From IMG/VR virus record IMGVR_UViG_2585427971_000010: 51,466 bases of DNA. The stretch is one strand, 5' to 3'. Position 1 is the stretch's first letter. The number at the start of each line of letters is the position of its first letter. The DNA is from a virus. Taxonomy: Duplodnaviria; Heunggongvirae; Uroviricota; Caudoviricetes. Of this stretch, positions 1 to 8,990 are shown piece after piece. The translations under genes were made by a program, and so were the position numbers. The notes beneath the pieces are model-generated. The model was given only the letters and a program-made list of their open reading frames with translations, searched no databases and was not told the DNA's origin.

Positions 1-132
1 TCAGCCGTTGTCACGCTCATGCAGACGTCCCCGGATATTTGCCACAAAGAGAATACGGGCCAGCCGTTCCTGCAGATCGTCCGTGTTCATCTGAGGGTAG
101 AGCTCCGCAGTTCGCCCAGCAGCTCAGTCGGG

Positions 133-1107
133 TTAACCCGTTTTCGACCCGCTAAACAGAGGTGCCAGGACGGGTTCCAGCGTGCCATTTAACACACCTC
201 CGTTCATCAGAATGTCCAGCGCGTCGTCAAGCTGCTGCTGAGCCTGAATATCGGCATCAATCGCCTCGGCAAATGACAGCGGCAGCATGTTATTCTGGCG
301 TTCCGACGGTGATGTCTCGTCAATATCGCCGTCCTGCAGTTGGTACTCACGCTTAAAGTATTGCGGGGTCAGACGCAGACCCGCCCGGGTGAGTTTTTCG
401 TCGCGGGTGGCGCGGGTGTCATCAATGGTCTCCTGTTCCCACATGGCCCAGACCGGACACGGCACATCGCCGAAGTTCAGGGTGACCACCGTTCTGATAA
501 CCTGATTCACTGCTGCCTGAATGATGTCCGCATCCGCATCGCGGATATCAGCCGTTACCTCCAGCCCGGCCTGTGCAGAGGCCTTGTTACTGTTCGCTTC
601 CGTGGTCTGATTCTGACCAAGTAATGCAATGGAGATCTCACTGCGTGACAGTGTGATCAGCTCGCGGAATACCTCGCTGCTGTCCGCCTTACCATCCGCG
701 GCTTTGAGTTCGATGCTGCTGTCATCGGGGATGGCGGCCACCGCGTCCTCCACCATCTGCTCCATGGAGTCCAGCAGTTTTTCAATCTCTGCATCATTTG
801 CACCCCTCGGGTGCTTACCGATCACCCACGGGGAGCCAAACTTTTCGGCAAAGCGGAGCCAGAATTTCATCCCGCCTTTCTTGAAGGCGACCGGCCAGAA
901 GCACATGGACAGGTCCGGGAAACCGTAAGGATTGTCATACGAGGCATCCTGTGCCGGCACCACGAATTTTGACGGTGACAGCAGCTCACCCTCCACACCC
1001 GCATCACGCGCCCGGAAGCGCAGGCAGTTGTCCGTATCAAACTGAAACCACTCAGGCGGTTTGCCGACAATATCCGTCACTGCCCACGCCCTGACCGAAC
1101 GGCCCAC
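133..1107 (-). CDS. portal protein, C-terminal segment (Mu gp29-like); gene split by a frameshift
   Basis: 324-aa ORF with Mu-like portal conserved region (…VTDIVGKPPEWFQFD…); apparent GTG start; overlaps the N-terminal fragment in another frame. Confidence 0.6.
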   Translation of the reverse strand: MGRSVRAWAVTDIVGKPPEWFQFDTDNCLRFRARDAGVEGELLSPSKFVVPAQDASYDNPYGFPDLSMCFWPVAFKKGGMKFWLRFAEKFGSPWVIGKHPRGANDAEIEKLLDSMEQMVEDAVAAIPDDSSIELKAADGKADSSEVFRELITLSRSEISIALLGQNQTTEANSNKASAQAGLEVTADIRDADADIIQAAVNQVIRTVVTLNFGDVPCPVWAMWEQETIDDTRATRDEKLTRAGLRLTPQYFKREYQLQDGDIDETSPSERQNNMLPLSFAEAIDADIQAQQQLDDALDILMNGGVLNGTLEPVLAPLFSGSKTG

Positions 1108-1493
1108 ATGATTTCACAGGGCTGATACCCGTAGAGCACGGCATCACTCATCTCACCGATGATGCGGGACAGATCCAGATCGTCGAGCATGTCGCGGATG
1201 AAACGGAAGACCCGGGCAGAAGCGTGACCGCGCTCCAGTCCACGCTCCAGTGATTTGAGCGCTGCTTTACGTCTGCGGATACAGCCCCCAACCAGCGGGT
1301 CGGTGCGCAGTTCGCGGTAGATACGGATATCCCGTCCCTGAGCCTTGAGAATGGGATCAGGATTGGGCAGATACATGCCCAGTCCGTAAAAGTCGATCGC
1401 GCGGCTGCGGGAGGCAATCTGCGCGGTCAGTGATTTCTGAGGCTCAGAAAAAGCAACAAATTCATCGGGTGAAACCCAGATACCCCTCGCCAT
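1077..1493 (-). CDS. portal protein, N-terminal segment (Mu gp29-like); frameshifted relative to 133..1107
   Basis: 138-aa ORF ending …YGYQPCEIMWAVRSGRGQ*; start overlaps the terminase stop (ATGA); continuation is in the -1 frame. Confidence 0.55.
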   Translation of the reverse strand: MARGIWVSPDEFVAFSEPQKSLTAQIASRSRAIDFYGLGMYLPNPDPILKAQGRDIRIYRELRTDPLVGGCIRRRKAALKSLERGLERGHASARVFRFIRDMLDDLDLSRIIGEMSDAVLYGYQPCEIMWAVRSGRGQ

Positions 1494-3088
1494 CAGAATC
1501 CCTCCAGCATACGGGCCGCCTGACGACGACGGCGTGAGCTTGCCTTCACCGGCCCTTTGTTAATTTCACGGCTGGCGAAATACGCCAGCGCCAGTGCGAT
1601 GGCTGAATCCCCGTGGCGTTTACCACCGTCAGCCTTTGCTTTTGAGCGTTGCTCCGGTACGCGGGGGACACCGTTCACCACCTGAACGGCCCGCAGGTCA
1701 TCCAGTGTGTCTTCATCCTTTGGTAAGTCCACCAGGTTACCGTCTTCCAGTGCAGCTTTGACCGGAGGCATATGCTCCCGGTACCAGCCTTCGGTTGGCA
1801 TCACCTGCTGAACCCGGCCGGAGCCGTAGCGCTGCATGGCGTATTCAGCCAGATAGGCACCATTACCACGGGCATCAAACGCTGCACCCAGCAGACCGGG
1901 CAGGCCATCCATCAGATACCAGGTGATTTGCTCCTGCTGTCTGAACGGCACGTTACGCAGCTCCAGTACGAATGGCACGCGTCGTACCAGGTTCTTCTCC
2001 TGCAGCAGGGGATAGTCCACCGACAAATCACCGCTACGGCCAAAGTCGCGCCCCAGGAAAGAGCGGGCATCAGTGGGGAGTGCCTCCAGCAAGGGTTTCA
2101 GATACTCATCAAGCCAGTCCTGCGTCTCGCGGAAGCGAACCTCATCAGACAGCAGTTCATAACCTTCCTTGCAGGTCAGACGCAATACCGGCGTATCAGC
2201 GGACATGCGGGACTCTATCAGGGCACGGGACAGCCAGGCACCGCCACCGTTGGCCGGAATACAGTCAAGCTCTTCGGATGCGCCGGCACCGTAGAATTTG
2301 TACACCGATGCCATCCAGGCCTGCTCGGATGCCTCCGACCATTCCTTCCCGGTGCGCAGACAGACGCGCCGGAACAGCCCCTCAGATACGGCTTCCCGGA
2401 AAGTGATGCGATGTATGCTGCCTCCCTGACGTCCGGCACGGATATCCCCGATAAGCGTATTGAACGGATTGTCGTCACCGTCATGGGTGGAGATAACGCG
2501 TACCTTTCCCCCCCAGATAAGCATCGCCAGCGCCGCTTTCAGCAGTTCGTCCAGTTGCTCATGGAACGCCGCTTCGTCGATAACAATAATACCCTGACGG
2601 CCACGCAGGTTAGACGGGCGGCTGGAGAGCGCAACAATACGAAAGCCGGAGTCAGGAAATTTGATGGTGTAAGTCCTGATGTGTTTGTCGTCGTCGTCCT
2701 CTTCCCAGAATCCTTCTTCAATTTCACTGGCCGCATAGTTGAATGCCCGTGCCCACATCGCACACGCCTGAATGTATTCGACGGTCATGTCCTGGTTATA
2801 AGCGATGTAATACACATTCATCCCGCCTGCTGGCGCAGAAGAGGCGGCGGTCAGTACGTTATCGGATGCCTCAGCCCATGTAATACCGGTACGACGGCTC
2901 TTTTCTATCACCTTAAGCGGAGAGGTGTCTGCCACCCAGCGCTGCTGGTAAGGCAACAGAACGGGAGGAGCATCCAGCGCCGAGGTATCAGGCAAAACGG
3001 GAGCAAGGTTATTCCTCCCGTCCATGGGACTCATCCCTTCGGGGCCACCGCCAGCGGCGTTTAAAATCACTCCGGATGATTTTGTCAT
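1493..3088 (-). CDS. terminase large subunit (Mu gp28-like)
   Basis: 612-aa ORF; conserved region starts near LLPYQQRW; acidic ATPase and nuclease-like motifs. Start set at internal Met 82; Met at about 3025 (has GAAGGG SD) or 3034 also possible. Confidence 0.75.
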   Translation of the reverse strand: MTKSSGVILNAAGGGPEGMSPMDGRNNLAPVLPDTSALDAPPVLLPYQQRWVADTSPLKVIEKSRRTGITWAEASDNVLTAASSAPAGGMNVYYIAYNQDMTVEYIQACAMWARAFNYAASEIEEGFWEEDDDDKHIRTYTIKFPDSGFRIVALSSRPSNLRGRQGIIVIDEAAFHEQLDELLKAALAMLIWGGKVRVISTHDGDDNPFNTLIGDIRAGRQGGSIHRITFREAVSEGLFRRVCLRTGKEWSEASEQAWMASVYKFYGAGASEELDCIPANGGGAWLSRALIESRMSADTPVLRLTCKEGYELLSDEVRFRETQDWLDEYLKPLLEALPTDARSFLGRDFGRSGDLSVDYPLLQEKNLVRRVPFVLELRNVPFRQQEQITWYLMDGLPGLLGAAFDARGNGAYLAEYAMQRYGSGRVQQVMPTEGWYREHMPPVKAALEDGNLVDLPKDEDTLDDLRAVQVVNGVPRVPEQRSKAKADGGKRHGDSAIALALAYFASREINKGPVKASSRRRRQAARMLEGF

Positions 3089-3629
3089 GTGGCAATCCCC
3101 AGAATCTCGCGACGAAGCGCCTGTACTGCGTCGCTTGACAGTCCCCCTTACGGGCAATTTTCTCGGCGTTGCTGGCTGCCTGCTGCGCTCTGGCCCGTAC
3201 TTCAGACTGGAACTTTTTGAGGTTGACGGACGCGCGGGACAGCGTAGCCACATTCTTCGCCACCTTCGACAGCAGGGCCACGCGTTCTTTAGGATCGACT
3301 TCGCCTTCTTCCGCCTCCTGCAACTGGACAATACTCTCGAACAGCTCGGTCTGAATAAGGGCTATCACAGCCTCCGAACGCGCATCCTGATCGTCTGCTG
3401 CGCCTTCGGTCAGCATGCGGGCCGCTTCTGTTGCCGCACGGATAGCACCATAGCGGCGCTCAATCTTCTGTCCATAGCGATGGATAGCGGATTTGCTGAT
3501 GACGTACCCCCGCTCACGCAGCAGGGACTCCAGCTCGTTATACCCGCTGAAGCCGGATTCAGTCAGCGCCCGTTCAAGCCAGCGGCGCACATCTTCCGGC
3601 AGCTTTTCTATTGTGCTGCGTCTGGCCAT
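3009..3629 (-). CDS. Mu gp27-like protein (putative terminase small subunit / DNA-binding)
   Basis: N-terminal HTH-like segment (RSTIEKLPEDVRRWLERAL) and coiled-coil; directly upstream of terminase large subunit. C-terminal boundary uncertain. Confidence 0.55.
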   Translation of the reverse strand: MARRSTIEKLPEDVRRWLERALTESGFSGYNELESLLRERGYVISKSAIHRYGQKIERRYGAIRAATEAARMLTEGAADDQDARSEAVIALIQTELFESIVQLQEAEEGEVDPKERVALLSKVAKNVATLSRASVNLKKFQSEVRARAQQAASNAEKIARKGDCQATQYRRFVARFWGLPHDKIIRSDFKRRWRWPRRDESHGREE

Positions 3630-3940
3630 TATTCACTCCAGTACTTTTCCGGGCGGGCAATACCCGGACCACATTCCACGGTGTATTCCACCAGGTCTAC
3701 GCCGAGGCGGGTCAGGTCAGCAAACCAGTCGCCAGAAGGTTTTTTCTCCAGATCAACCATTTTACGGTCAGCCAGATAATCCAGTTCGCGGCGCAGTTCC
3801 AGCGGTGTGGTGTCCGGGTAGATGGCACGGGACACATCCAGCAGCAGCGTCTCGCTGGCGGTGTAAGGGCGGGTCTTGTTCAGGGCAACCAGCAGACTCC
3901 AGCGCAGGGATTCGCGGCGTACCCGGGTAATATCGACCAT
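3629..3940 (-). CDS. hypothetical protein in Mu-like late operon
   Basis: 103-aa ORF packed tightly between the lysis and terminase genes, same strand. Confidence 0.45.
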   Translation of the reverse strand: MVDITRVRRESLRWSLLVALNKTRPYTASETLLLDVSRAIYPDTTPLELRRELDYLADRKMVDLEKKPSGDWFADLTRLGVDLVEYTVECGPGIARPEKYWSE

Positions 3941-4266
3941 TATTGACCTCCGGTATTGCGGTACTGCTGTACCACTTCCAGTTTGTTATAAAGCGCGTCC
4001 AGTTTGGCCTCAATGACTGTCTGGCCACGGATATAATCCTCTCGACGGACATAATTCAGCGGTAAATCCGCTTTAAATCGCATAAATTCTTTTTCCAGCT
4101 CGCCCCAGTTGGAGGCGGATTGTTGCAGGGCCTGTTCAAGGGAGGCGAATCGTGCCGCCTGGCGTTCTTCTGTTTTACTGAACAACCATTTGGCTAGCCC
4201 TCCCACAAACCCCATGAAGGTGAGCAGAAAACTCACCACCGTCCAGAATTCAACCTGCAGTGTCAT
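3940..4266 (-). CDS. small membrane protein (N-terminal TM helix plus coiled-coil), Mu-like late cluster
   Basis: 108 aa; hydrophobic N-terminus (FWTVVSFLLTFMGFVGGL); start overlaps upstream gene stop. Confidence 0.5.
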   Translation of the reverse strand: MTLQVEFWTVVSFLLTFMGFVGGLAKWLFSKTEERQAARFASLEQALQQSASNWGELEKEFMRFKADLPLNYVRREDYIRGQTVIEAKLDALYNKLEVVQQYRNTGGQ

Positions 4267-4913
4267 TTCTGTAATCCTTCCCGTTCATCCAGTAACGCGT
4301 TTATCTGGTTCCGCCAGCGACGACATTGTCCTGCGTTGTCGATGATGTTGGCGAGAACGTCACGCTGGGAGACACCCGAATCGCGTAACCGGGTGTCAGT
4401 GGTTTCAGGTTGCCCGGTCGCTGTGCCAGAGCGGGTGCCAGCGGCGGCAACTGAGTCTGAATGACCGGTGTCGACGGATGCGTTGTCATATCCGAGTGCG
4501 GCGTTGTACTGGCGCACGAAACCGCGAGTAAACACGCACTCAATGGGATGGCTCTTACCTTTTTCATCAATCCAGCGCTGTGTGACATCGTTAATTTGCC
4601 CCTGTAGTTGTTTATTCCGGCTCTCCAGTTGAGCAATCTGCTCAAGATAACCGGCTTCAGCCCGCTGCCCGGCGGCCACCTGCTCCTGATACCGTCTGGC
4701 CCAGGCCCGCAGCGCAGCATTCTCAAGCGTTGCCTGCTCCGTTTTGTACGCGTCAAATGCTGACTGCAACTGACTGAGCGCGGTATCACCGTCACGCTTT
4801 GCAGAGTCATGACCACTTCTGTATCCCATGGCATACAGGCCGACCAGAAAGGCATTGATAAGAATGGCCAGCAGAATGCCGCGCCACGGCAGCTTTTTAA
4901 CCAGATGCCACAC
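4263..4913 (-). CDS. i-spanin (Rz-like inner-membrane spanin)
   Basis: N-terminal TM helix (ILLAILINAFLVGLYAMGY) followed by coiled-coil; directly downstream of endolysin. Start uncertain: GTG at about 4913 overlaps the endolysin stop; track ORF extends to 5015. Confidence 0.5.
   Translation of the reverse strand: MWHLVKKLPWRGILLAILINAFLVGLYAMGYRSGHDSAKRDGDTALSQLQSAFDAYKTEQATLENAALRAWARRYQEQVAAGQRAEAGYLEQIAQLESRNKQLQGQINDVTQRWIDEKGKSHPIECVFTRGFVRQYNAALGYDNASVDTGHSDSVAAAGTRSGTATGQPETTDTRLRDSGVSQRDVLANIIDNAGQCRRWRNQINALLDEREGLQK
4301..4567 (-). CDS. o-spanin (Rz1-like lipoprotein) embedded in the +1 frame of the i-spanin gene
   Basis: Internal Met of track ORF 4301..4930: MKKVRAIPLSAC… lipoprotein signal with lipobox-like LSAC, then proline-rich mature region (PSTPVIQTQLPPLAPALAQRPGNLKPLTPG). 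Confidence 0.5.
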   Translation of the reverse strand: MKKVRAIPLSACLLAVSCASTTPHSDMTTHPSTPVIQTQLPPLAPALAQRPGNLKPLTPGYAIRVSPSVTFSPTSSTTQDNVVAGGTR

Positions 4914-5637
4914 AACTGCTGCCTCCCCATGTGAGATATCGCGGTGCCAGTTCGCGCAGGATGCGCTGCGGATAATGGCGGTTCTCCCGCCAGCTGGCCG
5001 CATTGCGTCCGGCATTCACCGTGGCGACATGTCCGAACCAGCGGGTGCTGTCCAGACCTTTCTGTGATGCAAGCCGCCTGTCCCGTTGTACCCAGCCCAG
5101 ACCACCGTTATAGCCCGACAGTGTCATGGCCATACGCTCGCAGTCACTGGCGGCGCTGACACGCTGCCACAGCCAGCGGTCATAGCTGACCAGCGCCCGG
5201 ATAGCCCATGCCGGATTAAACGGCTCACGACTGCTCAGCATCGGTATCAACTGGCTTATCCAGTCGGCAGTGGCAGGCATGAACTGCGCCAGTCCCTGAG
5301 CGCCAGCCGGCGAGATCGCATCAGGTCGCCAGCCGCTTTCCTGATGCAGTTGCGCGGCGAAATCGGCCACCGGCGCAGACAGTCCCCATTCAAGCCGGGC
5401 ATTACGGATCACATCATCGCGATACTGCAGCGCAGCCTGCGGAGGTTGTGCTGCGCATGCCTGGCTAAAAAAGCCGCCACACCAGAGCAACATTGCGACA
5501 AAGAATACCCATGCCATATGAACCAGAAAGGTCCCGGCGCGGACTGACAGGCGTTCGGTTCTGATGAAGACCCGAAAGGCTTCGAAAGCCAGTTTCAGGG
5601 ACATGCATACAATCCAGGTGATCTGCGGCCAGTTCAT
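4897..5637 (-). CDS. endolysin, lytic transglycosylase (SLT domain) with hydrophobic N-terminal region
   Basis: SLT motif region QESGWRPDAISPAGAQGLAQFMP; N-terminal hydrophobic segments (possible signal-anchor); start 2 nt after the upstream membrane-protein stop. Confidence 0.7.
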   Translation of the reverse strand: MNWPQITWIVCMSLKLAFEAFRVFIRTERLSVRAGTFLVHMAWVFFVAMLLWCGGFFSQACAAQPPQAALQYRDDVIRNARLEWGLSAPVADFAAQLHQESGWRPDAISPAGAQGLAQFMPATADWISQLIPMLSSREPFNPAWAIRALVSYDRWLWQRVSAASDCERMAMTLSGYNGGLGWVQRDRRLASQKGLDSTRWFGHVATVNAGRNAASWRENRHYPQRILRELAPRYLTWGGSSCVASG

Positions 5638-5639
5638 GA

Positions 5640-5990
5640 TTAAAGCCCCATCGCAACAGCCAGGCAGACCGCTGCAACAATCAGTGCACGGCGGATTAAC
5701 GCAGCAGAAAACACCAGGTGAAGGCCGGTCTGTACCGGGAAACGCCCTTCAGCCATCAGCCTGTCGTCATGTTTCAGGTACTGACCGGGACGGGCTTTGG
5801 GGAAGAGCGAACGGTCAAGCCAGTAACCCAGCACTGCTGCCAGCGTGATGAGTGCCAGCTTGTAGATCACAACAGGCAGCTGCTGTGGTGAGACCAGAGC
5901 GATGGTGCCCAGCAACAGCACTGAGGTCAGCAGCCAGCCGCTGAGGCGAGGTTTTTTAACAGGGGGAATGAATTTTTTCAGGTTTTTCAT
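5640..5990 (-). CDS. putative holin / lysis-associated membrane protein
   Basis: 116 aa from internal Met (MKNLKKFIPP…) with AAGGAG-type SD; about 3 predicted TM helices; first gene of the leftward lysis operon. Confidence 0.5.
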   Translation of the reverse strand: MKNLKKFIPPVKKPRLSGWLLTSVLLLGTIALVSPQQLPVVIYKLALITLAAVLGYWLDRSLFPKARPGQYLKHDDRLMAEGRFPVQTGLHLVFSAALIRRALIVAAVCLAVAMGL

Positions 5991-6120
5991 GTGTGTCTCC
6001 TTATCTGGTGGAGACAGCATCACAAATACAGGGCGCGAAGGATTTTAAAGCGCGTTAAGAGAGCCGGGGATACGGGATGTGCAGGATAAACGATGAATTA
6101 TTCACAGAGGAGAATACGAT

Positions 6121-6597
6121 ATGACGCACACACTGAATCCGGTCATCACTGTCACTGTGTCCGGTCCTGTGGGCAGCGGTAAAAGTTACGTACTGGCGCG
6201 GATAGAAGAGATGGTGAAACAGGAACTCGGAAACAGCGTCATTGTCGATGCTGCTGACGTGGAGAATGAGCGCCGTATGAATGGCGAAGATCTGACGACC
6301 TGGCAGAAGCCACGGGGTGGCACAGTGATCAGGCTGGAGGAATACACGGGACAGGGCCTGTTGTCATACGGCGAGGAGCGTATCTGTCGGACGAATGAGC
6401 TGCTGGATGTTATATGCCCCACGGGCCGGCAACCCTGGATACTGCCCGATGCACTGCATGCCACCATTGCGGCACTGATGACAGTTTACGATCAGGAGCT
6501 GCTCATGAAGGAGTTACGTAAACTCACCGGTCAGCCAACAGAATGTTGTTCGTCTCCGAAGTACGGCAAACAGGAAAACGCCCCGGATAATCCTTAA
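6121..6597 (+). CDS. small P-loop NTPase-like protein, function unknown
   Basis: Walker A motif GPVGSGKS near N-terminus, then hydrophobic strand ending in acidic residues (VIVDAAD); good SD (AGGAGA); opposite strand to flanking operons. Confidence 0.55.
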   Translation: MTHTLNPVITVTVSGPVGSGKSYVLARIEEMVKQELGNSVIVDAADVENERRMNGEDLTTWQKPRGGTVIRLEEYTGQGLLSYGEERICRTNELLDVICPTGRQPWILPDALHATIAALMTVYDQELLMKELRKLTGQPTECCSSPKYGKQENAPDNP

Positions 6598-6634
6598 GAT
6601 ACCTCCTGAACAGAAACAGCCCTGAAGGGCTGCA

Positions 6635-7225
6635 CTAAAAAAAGAAGTGTATTATTGCCCAAACAGCTATAACGATGATTCCCAGCCCAAGAGCCGATTC
6701 TAACTTATCTTTGGCAGTCATTTTTACTGTTGTAGCGGGCGCAGGTAAGTCTTGCTGCTGTGGATTTTCTGTTAGTTGTTTACGAGAAGAAACATCGCCC
6801 CTGTTAGTTTGCTTCATGTTGATTACAGATGCGTTATGGGCATTATCAGCAGCAATTGACTGAAGTTTTACAAAAGTTTTTGAATCTGTTTTAGCCAGAA
6901 GTAACCTATTTCCCGTAAACATTGCCTTAAAAGTGATAGTTTTTTTCGTCTTGTCCGCCGCACCAAGCAAACCTCCAATGACCAACCCTGCACCACCAAA
7001 GATTAATCCACCAAGCAAACCTGCGCCTGCCGCCTTACCTATACGGCTTTCCTCTTCACTATCCGCAAGTTCAATCGATAAAAGCTCTTCTTTCAGATTT
7101 AATACAATATTTTCAGGAAAGCCTTGTTTTGGTTTTTTGGCAAACACGATGGTACCGAACCCCATGCTTGCCCACCCTTTAGGAAAACTTCCTGCGATAA
7201 CCTGAATCCCTGCCATGTTCATCAC
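6635..7225 (-). CDS. membrane protein with glycine-zipper TM segment and C-terminal TM helix
   Basis: AAGAGLLGGLIFGGAGLVIGGLLGAA segment; C-terminal LGLGIIVIAVWAIIHFFF; last gene of the repressor operon. Confidence 0.5.
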   Translation of the reverse strand: MMNMAGIQVIAGSFPKGWASMGFGTIVFAKKPKQGFPENIVLNLKEELLSIELADSEEESRIGKAAGAGLLGGLIFGGAGLVIGGLLGAADKTKKTITFKAMFTGNRLLLAKTDSKTFVKLQSIAADNAHNASVINMKQTNRGDVSSRKQLTENPQQQDLPAPATTVKMTAKDKLESALGLGIIVIAVWAIIHFFF

Positions 7226-7306
7226 CTTTTACATTAAAATTTCAGAACGCAGCATGATGCCGCCTTTGTCTTTTTTCTGATCCCATGGTAATTCAGCTGT
7301 TATTTT

Positions 7307-8293
7307 CTATTTAAGAATAAAACGGTATTTACTGTCAGGAGTGCTTTGCTGATCAAGTAGCAGTGAACGACATGGAGCAGTCAAAACCCGAGCATAACTA
7401 CCATCAGGGCTTATGTTAATGTAACAAACCTTGCCCTTAACACTATAATTTTCGGGGACGGATGCCTTTGCTGATACAGTAAATTTAAGGGTATGCCAGC
7501 CCGTTTTTTGCTTGTAGCTTGAAACCGAATGGAAATCATCTGAGTACTTATTTAACCCTGGAAACATGCTGCGCAGTGCGGGGATGGAATCTTCTATTAT
7601 TTTATCGTTGGTTTTAATGTTAAAAACGCTGGTTTCAGTAGAAGCTACTGCTTTGGCATTTCCCCATTTACCAGCGAACACAATCATTCCCACGAAAAAT
7701 ATTGCTACAAGAACTAACACTCCCCCCAACACTACTACATGAGGCTTCCGGCTTCTGGTTGGTACAGTTGCGACTGATTTTGCACCGCTTTCCGATGGAG
7801 GTGATAGAGTTTTACTCTCATCACGAATATTCAGCAGATCATCAAAATAACCAAACACAGCCTGCAACTGCTCTTTGTCTAGGCCTTTAAGATGGGTTGT
7901 ACCGAAATGCTTCAGACAGTATCTGTCACGGTCAAGACGATACCCAGGGTCAGTAAGCGCCATTATTTTGCTGACCAGAAGATTACAGTCCTTCATATTC
8001 TGGATCTGTTGTGCATATCTCTGAAGGATCTCAACCGCACCATGATAATCAGCCGCAGTCATTTCATTAACTGTTTTGGTATTAAGTTTCGTGTGGATCG
8101 TCATCCATAGCTCGCGCTTACTTTCCCCCAGATCAACCAATTCATCCATCAATCTGTGTAAATCGCGTTTTTGCAGCAACGAAATTGGTTGCTGGGCCGA
8201 AGGAAGTATGTCAGCAGAATAGTTATGAATGGTAACATCACCGCTGACAACGTTACCCACATCCCCGTTAACTGTTTGCTTCTCTTTACTCAT
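7307..8293 (-). CDS. bitopic membrane protein (cytoplasmic N-domain, one TM helix, periplasmic C-domain)
   Basis: 328 aa; TM HVVVLGGVLVLVAIFFVGMIVFAG; start overlaps repressor stop (ATGA); N-terminus shares a GDV-GNV-G-VTI motif with the repressor C-terminus. Confidence 0.55.
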   Translation of the reverse strand: MSKEKQTVNGDVGNVVSGDVTIHNYSADILPSAQQPISLLQKRDLHRLMDELVDLGESKRELWMTIHTKLNTKTVNEMTAADYHGAVEILQRYAQQIQNMKDCNLLVSKIMALTDPGYRLDRDRYCLKHFGTTHLKGLDKEQLQAVFGYFDDLLNIRDESKTLSPPSESGAKSVATVPTRSRKPHVVVLGGVLVLVAIFFVGMIVFAGKWGNAKAVASTETSVFNIKTNDKIIEDSIPALRSMFPGLNKYSDDFHSVSSYKQKTGWHTLKFTVSAKASVPENYSVKGKVCYINISPDGSYARVLTAPCRSLLLDQQSTPDSKYRFILK

Positions 8294-8751
8294 CTTCTCT
8301 TGGTATTTTTGTTCATTATTCCACCTGTTCCTATGGTTACGTTACCTTTGATAACATTCCCCAGAACATCTCCATGAATAACCTGTTCCGCCCGTTCTCT
8401 GGAGGAGCCAGTAGTCAAGGCCGACAAAACTGAACCTTTGACCTGTAATGGTGCCTGCCGGTAGTGCTGCAGTAACTCCATTTCATCACGTGATAAAGTT
8501 ATACCTGATGACTCCCCGGTAAGAATGAACTGTACATTGGCCCCAATTCTTGCAAAGGCTGCAAGTAACTCACCTCCGGGAACAGCAACCCCTCGTTCAT
8601 ATTTCCCCCACATTTCTCTTGAAACGCCACAAAGGGCTGCTACTTCAGCCTGCTTGAGTGATAACCGCGAACGCTCAGCTTTGAACCGCGACGCGCAAAG
8701 AGAATCAAAATTCACATAAACCTCATTGACAATGAGAACAATAGTTCTCAT
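8290..8751 (-). CDS. XRE-family HTH transcriptional repressor (candidate Mu c-like immunity repressor)
   Basis: HTH segment LSLKQAEVAALCGVSREMWGKYERG; divergent from the small regulator at 8802 as in Mu c/ner. Confidence 0.7.
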   Translation of the reverse strand: MRTIVLIVNEVYVNFDSLCASRFKAERSRLSLKQAEVAALCGVSREMWGKYERGVAVPGGELLAAFARIGANVQFILTGESSGITLSRDEMELLQHYRQAPLQVKGSVLSALTTGSSRERAEQVIHGDVLGNVIKGNVTIGTGGIMNKNTKRR

Positions 8752-8801
8752 AATCTATCACATATAAAACAAACATCATTGCATCAACAAAGGAGACAAC
8801 A
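8752..8801. promoter_or_regulatory. divergent promoter/operator region between repressor and Cro/Ner-like gene
   Basis: Short AT-rich intergenic region between divergently transcribed regulators. Inferred from arrangement only. Confidence 0.35.
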
Positions 8802-8990
8802 ATGACTTCCGAACAAGTTAAAAATCTCTTCCGTCAGCGTGGTATCACGTTTACCCGCTGGGCCGAAGAACACGGCTACAGCCGCAATGAGGTCTATCGT
8901 GTTCTCAATGGACAGACCAAAGCTCGTTACGGCAAAGCCCATGAAATTGCCGTAAAACTGGGATTAAAACCCACGTCAAATGCGGCATAA
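8802..8990 (+). CDS. small Cro/Ner-like DNA-binding regulator
   Basis: 62 aa, HTH-like (FTRWAEEHGYSRNEVYRVLNG); strong SD (AAGGAGA); positional equivalent of Mu ner. Confidence 0.6.
   Translation: MTSEQVKNLFRQRGITFTRWAEEHGYSRNEVYRVLNGQTKARYGKAHEIAVKLGLKPTSNAA

Noticed and set aside
1-90. Short minus-strand ORF ending at the window start
   Set aside because: Only about 29 codons from its ATG, weak RBS, and it sits where a large head gene would be expected; cannot be supported as a gene, and may be a remnant.
1772-3064. 430-aa plus-strand ORF
   Set aside because: Lies entirely antisense to the Mu-like terminase large subunit gene; no RBS or recognisable domains; typical GC-rich antisense ORF.
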